From: a virus
Lineage: Duplodnaviria > Caudoviricetes
Length of the DNA stretch: 64,000 nucleotides
Direction: 5' to 3' (one strand)
IMG/VR virus record: IMGVR_UViG_3300021431_004083
Span: 64,001 to 128,000 of that record
The stretch's first letter is position 1. Every line of letters begins with the position of its first letter. The notes beneath the pieces were generated by a model. It was not told the DNA's origin and ran no database searches. It saw only the letters and a list, made by a program, of their open reading frames with translations. The translations under genes and the position numbers were made by a program. This document shows, piece by piece, positions 40,501 through 50,197 of this stretch.

Positions 40501-43500
40501 AAAGAACTCCAACTTAAAAACAGCACCGCTTCGATGGGCTTTTGTTTCAGCGTTAATCTTATCAAAAGCGATAAAGGAACCTCTGTCAACATAGTTCACA
40601 TGCTCAACATCCACTGATTTACTACTGTTACCACCAGGAACTGTTACAGAATAAACCTTGTTTTTATTATTATCATCCTTATACGTTCCATCATCATTCA
40701 TTGGATGTAAATGAGAATCATCCTTAAAGAATTCACGATAATAATAAGTCTTAGATTCCTCTGAAGCTTGCAGCGTCACGTTCAATAAACCATCCTCGTC
40801 GAGACTTATATTTTCAGCCTTCGTCTTCGACGTATCACCGTTAACAGACAAACATTCCAAAACATGTTTTTCATCTTTTTTAACAGCGGCTTCCTCGGAC
40901 GTATAGAAAGTGAAACTCACTGAACTATACGAATACAAATCCTTTATCTCCTCGTTGTGTACAAACGTGACAAGACCGTCGGGAACCTCGTACAAATCAT
41001 CTTTGGTCGGTGTCTTATTCGGATTATTGTTATAATCAGAAGAAACTAACTTCTTAGTAAGATTGATACCTGTTTTTTGTACAGGGTCATCAACCTTAAC
41101 CAATACAGTACGTTGCGTTTCATCAACAGTGACATTCGGCTTATGTTTGCTTACATATGAACTTCTATAAGTTGGTACTATTGAATAACCGACAGGAGCA
41201 CGATTCTCAACAAGATAATACTCACCATAAGGAATATCACTAAATTCAAGATGACCGTTTTCGTCGGTACGACCGGTACACAATTTACCGTTCTTGTTGC
41301 GAACCATACCCCCATTTGTATCAAGAAGTGTAAACTTTGCGTCCTTCAAATGATTATTAGGGTTACCGCCACCTGTTTTCTCGATAGAAACGCTACCATA
41401 AGGTATGTTTGTTACATTCTTTGTATACGCGACAGTACCGTTTTGTGTATTATCAGGATTCAACGAAATAAAATACGTAGATGAACCGTTCGTTTTGAAG
41501 TTGTCATACGAACCTGCATCATTTGCAGCAGTGACAACATCAGAAACAGCAAAACCTGAACTATGCACATCATAAGGCTCAGGAACCTCATCTTCAACAA
41601 GAACATAATCACCGTAAGGAAGCTTATCAACAGAAATCTCACCACGACTGTTTGTTGTCAATACATCCGTATCGAGAACAGGTGTAGCAGCGGTCTTCAT
41701 CTCATAGAAATCATGACTTCTATAAAGCTTAAACTTAGCGTCTTCGATAACAGTATCGGGATTAAAACTCGAAGTTTTCTTTATCTTTAAAGACGCAGAA
41801 GCGACAGGACTGTTCGTCAAATCAATATTGTTAACATTCGAAAGAGCATTTTCATTGCAAACAAACGTTACGGCGTTATGATTTTTATCCATAGCCACAT
41901 AAAAAACATTGTCTTTGTCCAACTGGTCCGTTTGAGCGTCTTTGCCCGACTGGTCCGTTTGAGCGCCATGTTCATCTGTATGAATGCTACTATAATCCTT
42001 CAAATCAAGAATGTTACCGTAATTATTATTAGATGCAGAGATTTCTTGAATACGATACTGAACGTTCGGTCTGGTTACATAAAGACCTGCCTTCCATTCA
42101 TCATCAAGCTTCAATGTCCACGTACTCCCACTCTTATCTAACCACTTACTCGGAACATTTACATCCCAAACGCCTGTTCCGCCGTTCGCGCCGTTACCAT
42201 TCATATCGCCGAGACGGACATCCTTCCAAGTACTGCCTACCTTTTCCTGAACTTTAAAACGAACCTGAGACAACTTACCGTAATACTCAGTGTGGTCAGG
42301 GTGACTACGAAGGTCAACATTATCGCCGACACCTGTCATACCTGTCATATCAGGATACTTCTGAATGCAAATTGGTGTACGGATAATGGCAGAACTCATA
42401 TAAACCTGATAATAATCATTATTATTCTTGTTTTTATAATAATCAGGATTACGAGGATACATATAAAAACACGATACCTCAGCAGGAACACTCGGGATAC
42501 GAGCCATACTGCTATTGCCATCATCAAGATCATATTCACCATAAAGATAAAGTTTATAACCTGTAGGTGATGTCACACCATTCTTTACCGTGTAATAATT
42601 TTTTATTTTGCCATCGCTGCTCTTACCTGCCTCAAAACAAACCTTCAAAAGCTCCTGAACGGACAACGTCCAACAACGACGTGTCTTATTGGCAACGCCG
42701 AGCTGCCATGAGCAACCCAATGCCGTACGTCTGTAGGAATACCCATATTGCTCAGTCTCTTGTTCATACGCGTCCTTATCGTCAACAGTATGGTTGCCAT
42801 GTAAAAACTTATAATCAAAATAGCCACCATTTTGCGCAGCCATAAATGAAATACCCCAACCATCAGGGTCATCCTGAAGATTAACTTTCGAAAGATAAGC
42901 ATGCTCCAAATCAAAGATAACATTTTTATTAAAAACGCATCGTCTTAATGTTCTGTCAACAGTATGTGCTGACCAACCCCAACGAGATTCCCATCGCTCA
43001 TCCCATTCAAGATTATTACCGCTGCTGTTGGTCGTATATTCTCTGACGACAACCTTTTCCTTGTCATCATAAACCCAACCCCAACCAGACTTCTTAGAAC
43101 CATTTGAATCATAATAACAGGATTCGTTTTTCAATTCACTTAACGCTGAATTATCAACAATATCATTTGTCAAATAACCGCAAAATGCCATAGCGTAAAA
43201 GACATCTTCATAAGTGACACGGAACTTTTTCTGTTTTTTCCCGTTTTCGTCAATTTCGTCAACAATACGACCCAGCAAGTGGAACTTCTTATTCGTACCA
43301 GGCGTTGTGCAATAGTCAAAACGACCAGCTTCGTCGGGTTCATTTTGTTCTCTTCTGAGGTCAGCGGTCTCAGGATCGAATGCTTCCTTGATATAAGAGA
43401 AACGATTAAAAGGTCTATGCTCATCATTTACTGTACTGTAATCGCCATAAGAAACATTAGCGGCATCGGGACCCGGACCATCAGTATCATACCAATATTT

Positions 43501-44430
43501 GGCCCATTCATAAAGACAATTTTTAAAATACTCAATCTGTTGGTCAGTCAAATAGTTTTCTGAACCAATAGAACGAATTGTCCTGTTCTCACCATCAGCA
43601 AGCAAACTCGGCGTAGTAACTTCCTGATAATCAAACAAATCGTTTCCGTCACGATGTTTGTACATACGAGGGGTAAAATAATAAAAAAGTCTGGAGCGCA
43701 AAGCATCATTATTTATACCATACAAATTCGGGTCCAAACCCTTTTGTTTGAAATCGCTTGCAGAAGTGAAAGGGTCAGCTTTAGCAGGAGCTACAACACA
43801 CTGTGCAACATTCGTAAAACTACCGAACGCTTCGCCAAAAACAGAATTTGCTGTACCATCAGAATGGAAACCCGGGACAACGATACCATGAGCACCATAA
43901 TCATTAGGCTCCCATATCCAATGCCACTCTTCTTCGCCTTTAGCGTTAATAGTACGAAAAGACTTTTTAAGAGCACCCCAATAAGAAAATTTCGCTGGTG
44001 TGGTGTTAGTTCCCGGTATAGAATCAGGAATCCAGTCAGGATTACTCACAGTACCATCATTAGCCTTATAATCATTACGAGCATTTGTTTGTCGTACATC
44101 TTTAGAAAACGAATTGGTACGGTTATCTGTACGGTTCACGTTTCCTCTACCAACACCGGTATTGTAAACAGAAGACAAAGCACCTGACCCTTTATAAAAA
44201 CTCCAAGAACCTTGGTCAGGTGAAATGATATAATCGTAACTCAAATTACCCGTACGAACTACATTGGAACCCTGATAGCCAGTATACTTAAACGTTAACG
44301 TGCCAGAATTCTGGTTATCGGGTGTCGGCCATTCTGTAACAGCCAACGCTACGGTAAACGTCGACAGCAGCGTCAAAACAACAAGTGCCAACGCAATACC
44401 TGCTTTAGTGAACTTAGAAAATTTAGACAA
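37600..44430 (-). CDS. Large sortase-anchored adhesin / tip pilin with SpaA-like and Cna-B repeats
   Basis: 2276 aa; signal peptide; repeated GxYxLxExxAPxGY and KxWxD...RP motifs; APKTGG + TM + RRRR. Confidence 0.88.
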   Translation of the reverse strand: MSKFSKFTKAGIALALVVLTLLSTFTVALAVTEWPTPDNQNSGTLTFKYTGYQGSNVVRTGNLSYDYIISPDQGSWSFYKGSGALSSVYNTGVGRGNVNRTDNRTNSFSKDVRQTNARNDYKANDGTVSNPDWIPDSIPGTNTTPAKFSYWGALKKSFRTINAKGEEEWHWIWEPNDYGAHGIVVPGFHSDGTANSVFGEAFGSFTNVAQCVVAPAKADPFTSASDFKQKGLDPNLYGINNDALRSRLFYYFTPRMYKHRDGNDLFDYQEVTTPSLLADGENRTIRSIGSENYLTDQQIEYFKNCLYEWAKYWYDTDGPGPDAANVSYGDYSTVNDEHRPFNRFSYIKEAFDPETADLRREQNEPDEAGRFDYCTTPGTNKKFHLLGRIVDEIDENGKKQKKFRVTYEDVFYAMAFCGYLTNDIVDNSALSELKNESCYYDSNGSKKSGWGWVYDDKEKVVVREYTTNSSGNNLEWDERWESRWGWSAHTVDRTLRRCVFNKNVIFDLEHAYLSKVNLQDDPDGWGISFMAAQNGGYFDYKFLHGNHTVDDKDAYEQETEQYGYSYRRTALGCSWQLGVANKTRRCWTLSVQELLKVCFEAGKSSDGKIKNYYTVKNGVTSPTGYKLYLYGEYDLDDGNSSMARIPSVPAEVSCFYMYPRNPDYYKNKNNNDYYQVYMSSAIIRTPICIQKYPDMTGMTGVGDNVDLRSHPDHTEYYGKLSQVRFKVQEKVGSTWKDVRLGDMNGNGANGGTGVWDVNVPSKWLDKSGSTWTLKLDDEWKAGLYVTRPNVQYRIQEISASNNNYGNILDLKDYSSIHTDEHGAQTDQSGKDAQTDQLDKDNVFYVAMDKNHNAVTFVCNENALSNVNNIDLTNSPVASASLKIKKTSSFNPDTVIEDAKFKLYRSHDFYEMKTAATPVLDTDVLTTNSRGEISVDKLPYGDYVLVEDEVPEPYDVHSSGFAVSDVVTAANDAGSYDNFKTNGSSTYFISLNPDNTQNGTVAYTKNVTNIPYGSVSIEKTGGGNPNNHLKDAKFTLLDTNGGMVRNKNGKLCTGRTDENGHLEFSDIPYGEYYLVENRAPVGYSIVPTYRSSYVSKHKPNVTVDETQRTVLVKVDDPVQKTGINLTKKLVSSDYNNNPNKTPTKDDLYEVPDGLVTFVHNEEIKDLYSYSSVSFTFYTSEEAAVKKDEKHVLECLSVNGDTSKTKAENISLDEDGLLNVTLQASEESKTYYYREFFKDDSHLHPMNDDGTYKDDNNKNKVYSVTVPGGNSSKSVDVEHVNYVDRGSFIAFDKINAETKAHRSGAVFKLEFFDKQFASESEIGDTEPARVYYLGSGADIDKLSLYDNNGTLIGYNGSGVTTLGRIYADNNDLRNDLPGSKTDSSCPGSAIDNHYGDYFPEGSYRLTEVSAPAGYNPIDKVYFGNLTGDETGVIYVGEDDATIGHKVIPNEQYVPIYIKKTDANTGAKLRGAVFKLEYFEDAYSSVSAIPETSEYTYYLRTNSSGFAYTGAASHYVNADGSATDVVRATDLEQAGLPVYKGRFKRGGTYRVTEVKAPNGYKLSQNPVQWGIISDNTLTKETVSKSEVTVVSLSYSNEKIPSITVEGSKIWDDLHNVANTRADGIRVELYRDGDSFGSRLLGVTEDRDGVTFYNAEAFRTGENGSSQYNYSFTGLPEGHYNADGDYVRYEYSIREVLLKASSSDAFVPVSELTEYIDDSYTTLYNNDRAKVQYGQMMLYNQEIGHVATKQATGTVNGSSVNWTVSDVPLGVSPLRVDIENSYRPDTRSVHVTKAWVDESNKYQTRPVSIKVDLYRRWDASDFVKNKDTHPTKGILSEKVLSGLTLSDESNWSTKVSHLPTYVSEAENHTPSADLGQYFDSSRGNYYRGIQYEYYVEEVPVGNGYVTEQTGDLSLTNYETKNIVLEKRWNDRNNAANKRPASVDFTLYREYVVPGYYTTNGESATITKTVGTYTINNFTGDTGSVKVTGQPVVASAFFDDKIAEDLGSRLGTDSNGKKFTAYETVGEHAIPCRYYVTESTVTGYDEPEYLNHTQTTVQGVLTETIPVQNTYKVFDVVVKKYYRSSLPDNTSSLEAQLQGTKPQANVGFVLGAGTNGRNGVIKATGTNGVYKKQGAEIIDGIQDYFRAKGSGANKKIKNTFAADSEYIMRTGSTGSNKGKLTIKNLEPGTYVILESTPLANYSTSNVPVTFTLTDEGKVRVMNGGQTYDMDELVFVNDKIFAPKTGGTGNMIYYVAALLALSLGVFGVLFFRRRRIRSTIVK

Positions 44431-45159
44431 ACTAAGTCCTCCTTTCTTGTCGCAGTAGCGACAAATTCAAAAATATGCATATTTTGAAATACATATGCTC
44501 CAATCTACGAAAGGTTCAAATGAACCCCAAAGCGCGTACATCGTAGTCAAAGCGATATTCTTTCAAACAAAATTTTACCACAAAACACTATCGAAAGTCA
44601 ACCCTTATTGCAATAAAAATATTCACAATTAAATAAAATCATACCAGATATATAAATATGTTTATTTATATTACATTTATTACTTTAATATATTACAATC
44701 AAAATAAAAAGACATTCGTATACAAAACACAAACGATTCATAACAAAAAGTCAAGCAAGGGACAAAAACAGACCAGTAACATAACACAAAACGGGACAGA
44801 AAATAACAAACAGCGCAACATAGAAACCCATTTTCGGACCAATATCGAACCAAATAGTCTCAAAACAAAGAGAGCACGGACAAAACGAGACCAAATAAGG
44901 GACAATCTGATAACAATAAAAGACCATAAAAAGAACATAGGGCAACAAAATGAACAAAAACACAACAAATAATGTTAACAAATATAACCAGAAAGTAACC
45001 ATATTATAACCATTGTTTCTTATATAAAAAAGCCGACACGCACCGCCTTATATAATATATAACAAAAGCGACGCGTTGCGCCAAACGCAATCTCGGCTAT
45101 AGGAATCCTCGATAAAGTGACAGCGTACAGAAGATACCGCACGCTGCGCTATGCGCAAT

Positions 45160-45362
45160 AGTGTATTTTTACACTCTATAGTGTAAAGATACACTCTTCG
45201 GTACACACGAAAATACACTCTTACACTGCGTGTCACCGTGGTGTTTTCAAATTACACTTTATAACCCTCAATAACCGCATAAAAATCACACCGATTACAC
45301 TCGATGTAATTTTTACACTCCTACTTTTTTCAAAAATACACCCCAAAGGGGTTTTGAGTGTA
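45160..45362. repeat. Cluster of TACAC(T) repeats in both orientations
   Basis: About 12 copies in 200 bp, including the palindrome TTTACACT-CTAT-AGTGTAAA at 45168-45187. Confidence 0.7.
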
Positions 45363-45969
45363 ATCATGCCGCAAGCATGATAGCGGAGCGACAAGCGCAT
45401 CCGTGCGCGCATAATAGGTATCCCCAAAAACGGCATAAGAATGCCGACTATGCGCGTTTCGGATATGTCGGCTTACACCGCCATAGTCCTCAGGGTGTTG
45501 TGTTGCGAGAAACCATATGTACCAAATTTCTCACACACAAACCCACTCCCGACGCTATGCGACGTGAGTAAAGTAAAAGGGCATAAGGAGTCGTGACACA
45601 ACACTCGCATCATACGATACTCGCTTTTGTGGTCGGCATAGCCGACACGACCGTCTGAAATACAGGCTACACCTGCATTTTCAGCCGCTTTTGCTTTGTG
45701 CCGATACAAGTATCAGACACACGCAAAAGTCCTTCGACGCGGGTCACCCTCGTCGCCGCAAAACGTGCCACCGGCACATTTTTCGGATGCCCTCCTGACA
45801 GAATATCCTATTCCGTCAGGCACAGGAGACAAAGTCACCTGTGTCATTTTCTGGTCACTTTTTGGCACAACGCAATCCCGTCACTTTTGTTCCCGATTAG
45901 CAAAAGTTGTTACCAAGATATTTTCACAAAAAAAAAAAGCCACGAGAAATCTCGCAGCTCATATAATTC

Positions 45970-46575
45970 TCACTTCATCCAAGAAACAAGATTCCCTAAA
46001 AGCAATTTCGTCGCGGGAACAATTTCTTTCAAATGGACCGTTAAAACAGTCAAACAAACGGTAAATAATAAAACAACAATGACAACAATCAACTCACTCG
46101 TTGACGATGTTGTATACAATTTCAAGAAATGATGCTTCCGTTTCTTAATAATAGGATAAATAAAACAAATACCGGACTTACTGAAATTATCCCAAAACAA
46201 ATGAAAAAAGAAAGCGAAAGCAAGCCATATCAACGGTCGAAACCAAATACTCCCTATACCGAAAGCAATGACAAACCAAATCGTATGTGTCCACGTTCGG
46301 TGCTCCACGGGTATATGAACGACACGACCGATCGTCGAATACGGCGAATCGATATCCGGCAGCAAGCTCCCCAAAACGAAAAATGAAACGCACAATCCCG
46401 AAAAAAGATAAGGATTCAGGGCACCGTTATCGTGGAAATACGAAGCGACAGAATCGACGCAAGACGAAACAGCGGCATGACCGGGACCTGTGTAAACATC
46501 ACGCAAAACGGCACCCAGTTCCGCCAAACATACAGCTGTGCAACAATTCATCGCAATATGATTTTTTCCTCTCAA
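45970..46575 (-). CDS. YdjM-like metal-dependent membrane hydrolase
   Basis: TTG start RGKNH; GSLLPDID, EHRTWTH, HLFWD. Confidence 0.85.
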   Translation of the reverse strand: MRGKNHIAMNCCTAVCLAELGAVLRDVYTGPGHAAVSSCVDSVASYFHDNGALNPYLFSGLCVSFFVLGSLLPDIDSPYSTIGRVVHIPVEHRTWTHTIWFVIAFGIGSIWFRPLIWLAFAFFFHLFWDNFSKSGICFIYPIIKKRKHHFLKLYTTSSTSELIVVIVVLLFTVCLTVLTVHLKEIVPATKLLLGNLVSWMK

Positions 46576-46694
46576 AGCAAAAACCTCCGAATTGAATATA
46601 CCTATAATATAGCACACAAAGAAAAGAAAAGCAACCGCAAAAAGACATATGGAAAGTTGGAATACTGTAATAAAATATTGTTAGAACGAGAGGT

Positions 46695-47129
46695 GTGTTG
46701 GGTATGCGAAAAAGCTTTGTTGTCCCGAAAGACATTGTCTCCACAGGAAAACAAAGACTGCTGTTATACAGAAACAGCAAGCTCGTCAAACAAACGACGA
46801 ATGAAAATTGTCGTAAAGAAATGCGAAAATTGATTATCGCCGCCATGAGAAAATTACCTGAGGACGATTTGACAACCATCATATCAAAAATCGAACGCCA
46901 ACAGAAACTAAAACACAAAGGTACTCCTAAAAATAAAAAGGAGCAAATTCAACTGTTGACAACGCTTCTGAAGTTCGCGGAAAAGAAGACACGTTTTCGC
47001 ATCTCGATTTTAATAGAAGAACAAAATCAAGTTGAAATCAACTATGGGAGATATAGCGCGTTTGCCAATATAAACGGTAAAACAACAAACTTATCAATAA
47101 AACCCGCACAAAAAAGGAGGATTTTATAA
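46695..47129 (+). CDS. Basic hypothetical protein
   Basis: 144-aa ORF translationally coupled to the next gene. Confidence 0.6.
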   Translation: MLGMRKSFVVPKDIVSTGKQRLLLYRNSKLVKQTTNENCRKEMRKLIIAAMRKLPEDDLTTIISKIERQQKLKHKGTPKNKKEQIQLLTTLLKFAEKKTRFRISILIEEQNQVEINYGRYSAFANINGKTTNLSIKPAQKRRIL

Positions 47130-47521
47130 TGTTGTATAGAGTTATTATCGCAGGAAGCAGAGACTTCAACGATATCGACAAACTGGCGAAATCGTGTGAC
47201 AGTATCATCGGCGGTTTCACAACCGATGACAAAGACGCCGAAGTCGTCATCATCTCAGGCGGTGCTCGCGGAGCTGACAAACTCGCTGAGAAATATGCGC
47301 TCGCAAAAGGCTACAAAAACGAAATCATGCCTGCCGATTGGAACAGATTCGGAAAAAGCGCAGGGTATATCCGAAACACGGCAATGGCGCAACAGGCAAC
47401 ACGTCGAAACGGTATTGGCTGCTTGATTGCGTTTTGGGACGGTGAATCAAAAGGCACAAAGCACATGATTGATACCGCCAATAAAAAGAAAATGAAAGTC
47501 GCTGTTGTCCGATTCCGATAA
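47129..47521 (+). CDS. SLOG family protein (DUF2493/YspA-like)
   Basis: RVIIAGSRDF, ISGGARGAD, GKSAGYIRN, AFWDGESKGT. Confidence 0.88.
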   Translation: MLYRVIIAGSRDFNDIDKLAKSCDSIIGGFTTDDKDAEVVIISGGARGADKLAEKYALAKGYKNEIMPADWNRFGKSAGYIRNTAMAQQATRRNGIGCLIAFWDGESKGTKHMIDTANKKKMKVAVVRFR

Positions 47522-47555
47522 CAGCGACACATCTATAAAAAGGAGGATATATAAT

Positions 47556-48011
47556 ATGATAGAACGGTACTACAAAGACCTGACAATCATACCACCGAGC
47601 GCAGACGCAGTATGCGTAACAACAAACGGTATGACAAAAAACAATGGTGATGCTGTGATGGGCGCAGGTATTGCGAGAAGTTTCGCTGAAAAGTATCCGT
47701 CGTTACCGAAAATACTCGGAGAAAAACTGCGAACCGAAGGAAACCACGTACACGACATCACAACAACCACAAACACATACAAAGAGCAACACATCGTAAG
47801 TTTCCCGACAAAACATCACTGGAAAAACGATTCCGATATTGCACTGATAAAACAATCAGCTGAAGAACTCAAAGCCCTCGCAGACAAAAACAACTGGACT
47901 TGTATTTATCTGCCGAGACCGGGCTTTGGTTGCGGAAGACTATCATGGTTAGACGTAAAACCTGTTATAGCGAACATACTCGACGATAGATTCATCGTCA
48001 CATGGCGCTAA
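47556..48011 (+). CDS. Macrodomain (ADP-ribose binding/hydrolase) protein
   Basis: VTTNG...VMGAGIA, SFPTKHHWK..S, LPRPGFGCGRLSW..V. Confidence 0.85.
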   Translation: MIERYYKDLTIIPPSADAVCVTTNGMTKNNGDAVMGAGIARSFAEKYPSLPKILGEKLRTEGNHVHDITTTTNTYKEQHIVSFPTKHHWKNDSDIALIKQSAEELKALADKNNWTCIYLPRPGFGCGRLSWLDVKPVIANILDDRFIVTWR

Positions 48012-48091
48012 AAAATAAGGACAAAACATCTGGAGAGTTGTATTAATGTAAACGTAAAAGCTACGAAAAGTTCTTTCGTAGCTTTATATTT

Positions 48092-48162
48092 CCGTTATTA
48101 ATGTAAAAGGCAGCATAATCCGCAAAACGGAAAAGTGTCGGGTTCAAATCCCACATAACGGT
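48092..48162 (+). ncRNA. Degenerate tRNA-like element
   Basis: CCGTTAT/ATAACGG acceptor stem, GGGTTCAAATCCC T-arm, TCCG-CAAAA-CGGA arm with a 5-nt loop; no CCA. Confidence 0.5.
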
Positions 48163-48348
48163 AGTTTGAGAGCTCACAACTCAAATCAAAACCATCATCA
48201 AAAAGTGAGTGAGAGACACCCGGTATAACCATGATGAGGTATGGATGTTGGCACTCGTGAACAGAACGGGAGATATCTAATGTAAATAGTATTCTACCAA
48301 TACTATCCGACATATATTCAAAACACAGCAAAGAAAAGAGGCAACAAT

Positions 48349-48762
48349 ATGACCGAGAACAAGAAAATCATGACATTTGACGACGTTCCCATCGAAGTCG
48401 GCAAAACATATTACCTCGCCGCAACAACGCAGTCGTATATCAAAGAGGTCAAGGTCGAAAGAATCGACTTCGAAGACGAAACCGTTGTCTGCTTTGTAGA
48501 TTTAACAGGTCTCAATTTCAGGAAAGAATTCTTATCACCGAACGACCTGTTTGCAAACAAAGAAACAGCGGCACACGAATGGGACAAACGCTGTCAGCTC
48601 CGTCTGAAGGCCTATGCAGAAAAGCTCGGGGCAAACACAAAGCTCATTCTGAACTTCCCTTTCTGCGAAGGGTTTTTCATGGACTACTGCAAACGGCAGG
48701 CATACAGAAACGCAGTCATCAAAACTTTCGGCTTCGACCCGCTTGACATCAAAGAGGTCTGA
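48349..48762 (+). CDS. Hypothetical protein
   Basis: 137 aa, RBS GAGG. Confidence 0.7.
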   Translation: MTENKKIMTFDDVPIEVGKTYYLAATTQSYIKEVKVERIDFEDETVVCFVDLTGLNFRKEFLSPNDLFANKETAAHEWDKRCQLRLKAYAEKLGANTKLILNFPFCEGFFMDYCKRQAYRNAVIKTFGFDPLDIKEV

Positions 48763-48766
48763 TGGT

Positions 48767-49048
48767 ATGATAAAACAAATCGCATTTTACGGCAGCAGCA
48801 CAAACGCGACTGCATACTTCAAAGACGATGAACAACTCTGGACAGACTACTTTGACATAGAAGTACAGAGATATCATAAACTGGTTGGCTTCGCATATAA
48901 ACGAAACCCCAGATTCGGAATCACAAACGTGAAACCTACGCCATATAAAACCGCGTTTGACATCGATACATTACAAGCATCTGAAAAGATTCCCGAAAAT
49001 CTCGGCAACATACCATATGTCGTGTTTGAATGCGAATGCTACAGTTAA
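48767..49048 (+). CDS. Hypothetical protein
   Basis: Start MIKQI, coupled to the upstream gene. Confidence 0.6.
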   Translation: MIKQIAFYGSSTNATAYFKDDEQLWTDYFDIEVQRYHKLVGFAYKRNPRFGITNVKPTPYKTAFDIDTLQASEKIPENLGNIPYVVFECECYS

Positions 49049-49134
49049 ACAAAGAAATACTATGAGCTTGAAAAGAAGGTAAGTGGGCAAATATGCTGCG
49101 CAAACCATCCCAGTAAAGCTCATATGTTGAGTAT

Positions 49135-49219
49135 GCAGGTGTGGTGGAACAGGCAGACACAAAGGTCTCAAAAACCTTCGGAGAAATCCGTGCGGGTTCA
49201 AGTCCCGCCACCTGCACCA
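49135..49219 (+). tRNA. tRNA-Leu(CAA)
   Basis: GCAGGTG/CACCTGC, loop CTCAAAA, long variable arm, GGTTCAAGTCC, A-CCA. Confidence 0.95.
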
Positions 49220-49320
49220 CGTAGGCTTAAGCTTTGACAGGGGCGGTCACGCCTTGTTGTCCAACACGCGTCACGAACAACAACGGCAACCGTCCCGCCT
49301 ACAACCAAAAAAATATATAT

Positions 49321-49480
49321 GCGGGCTCTGAAAGCAAGGTTCAGCTTCCTTTGGAGAAGTGAGAAGTAAAAACGGCATGATGAAAGGTATCGCAACCATG
49401 GCTCTACGATATTTAGTAATTGGATGAGTCTCTCTCACCGACACAAAGGTTTGGCGGTTCGAATCCGGCAGTCCGTACCG
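49321..49480 (+). ncRNA. tRNA-like RNA with a ~90-nt insert in place of the anticodon loop
   Basis: GCGGGCT/AGTCCGT acceptor, CTGAA/TTCAG D-arm, CCTTTG/CAAAGG stem, CGGTTCGAATCCG T-arm, ends ACCG. Confidence 0.6.
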
Positions 49481-49791
49481 TACATATCAAAACCTGATGA
49501 TACACCGTAACAATAACACAAACGGCGGAAAAATATTTCGACCGAAATCCTTAATGTATCACAAACCGTAAGCAGCCCCGCACACAGAAACAACCTGTTC
49601 TCTGAACAATCCCATAAGCGCCACACCATGCTGTACAGAAAAAATATCTGTGACAAGCCTCGAATAATGACAGACGCTTAAGTAATATTTCGGATTGACA
49701 GACCACAAACGTAACAGACACGGTAATCACTTACAAGCGCCGCCCAGTTTAAGGTCTGGGCGGACACACAATTAAAAAAAGAGGTGCCGAT

Positions 49792-49968
49792 ATGGCGAAA
49801 AACGACCACGAATTTGAACACTGCTTTCGTGACCGTGAAAAAAACAATGCTATTTGCGAATGTCCTGTAGGGATGAGCCCTTCTGAAGAAAAAGCTCTAC
49901 TGAAAAGACACCCCTCATGGTATCGTTCAACCGTTGAATACGACAAAAACGGTTTCCTGAAAAGGTAA
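49792..49968 (+). CDS. Small hypothetical protein (58 aa)
   Basis: Below the ORF-track cutoff; MAKNDHEFEHCF... with GAGGT RBS. Confidence 0.55.
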   Translation: MAKNDHEFEHCFRDREKNNAICECPVGMSPSEEKALLKRHPSWYRSTVEYDKNGFLKR

Positions 49969-49990
49969 AACGTGCAAGGAGGTCATACGC

Positions 49991-50182
49991 ATGAAATACG
50001 TAAGAAAATGTCCGATTTGCGGACGCAAAGCGACACGTCGCACCGGAAAATTAAGTTTCTGCGATGACCACCACAAAACAGTGCGTCGTCACAAAGCTCG
50101 CAAGGTGTACAAAGAGGTTCTTGTGTACTCTCTCGGTCCCGGTTGCGGTATTTATGGTTGGCGTGAACTCAACGTACACTAA
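49991..50182 (+). CDS. Small zinc-finger-like protein
   Basis: CPICG...FCDDH; RBS AAGGAGG. Confidence 0.65.
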   Translation: MKYVRKCPICGRKATRRTGKLSFCDDHHKTVRRHKARKVYKEVLVYSLGPGCGIYGWRELNVH

Positions 50183-50197
50183 AAGGGGGACTCAGAA

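Noticed and set aside
44658-46132. Short ORFs in the 44.6-46 kb zone
   Set aside because: No RBS, compositionally biased and overlapping on both strands; the region reads as cis-acting DNA.
49494-49565. Hammerhead ribozyme (CTGATGA)
   Set aside because: The stem is followed by CAAAC rather than GAAAC, and no stems I/III are evident.
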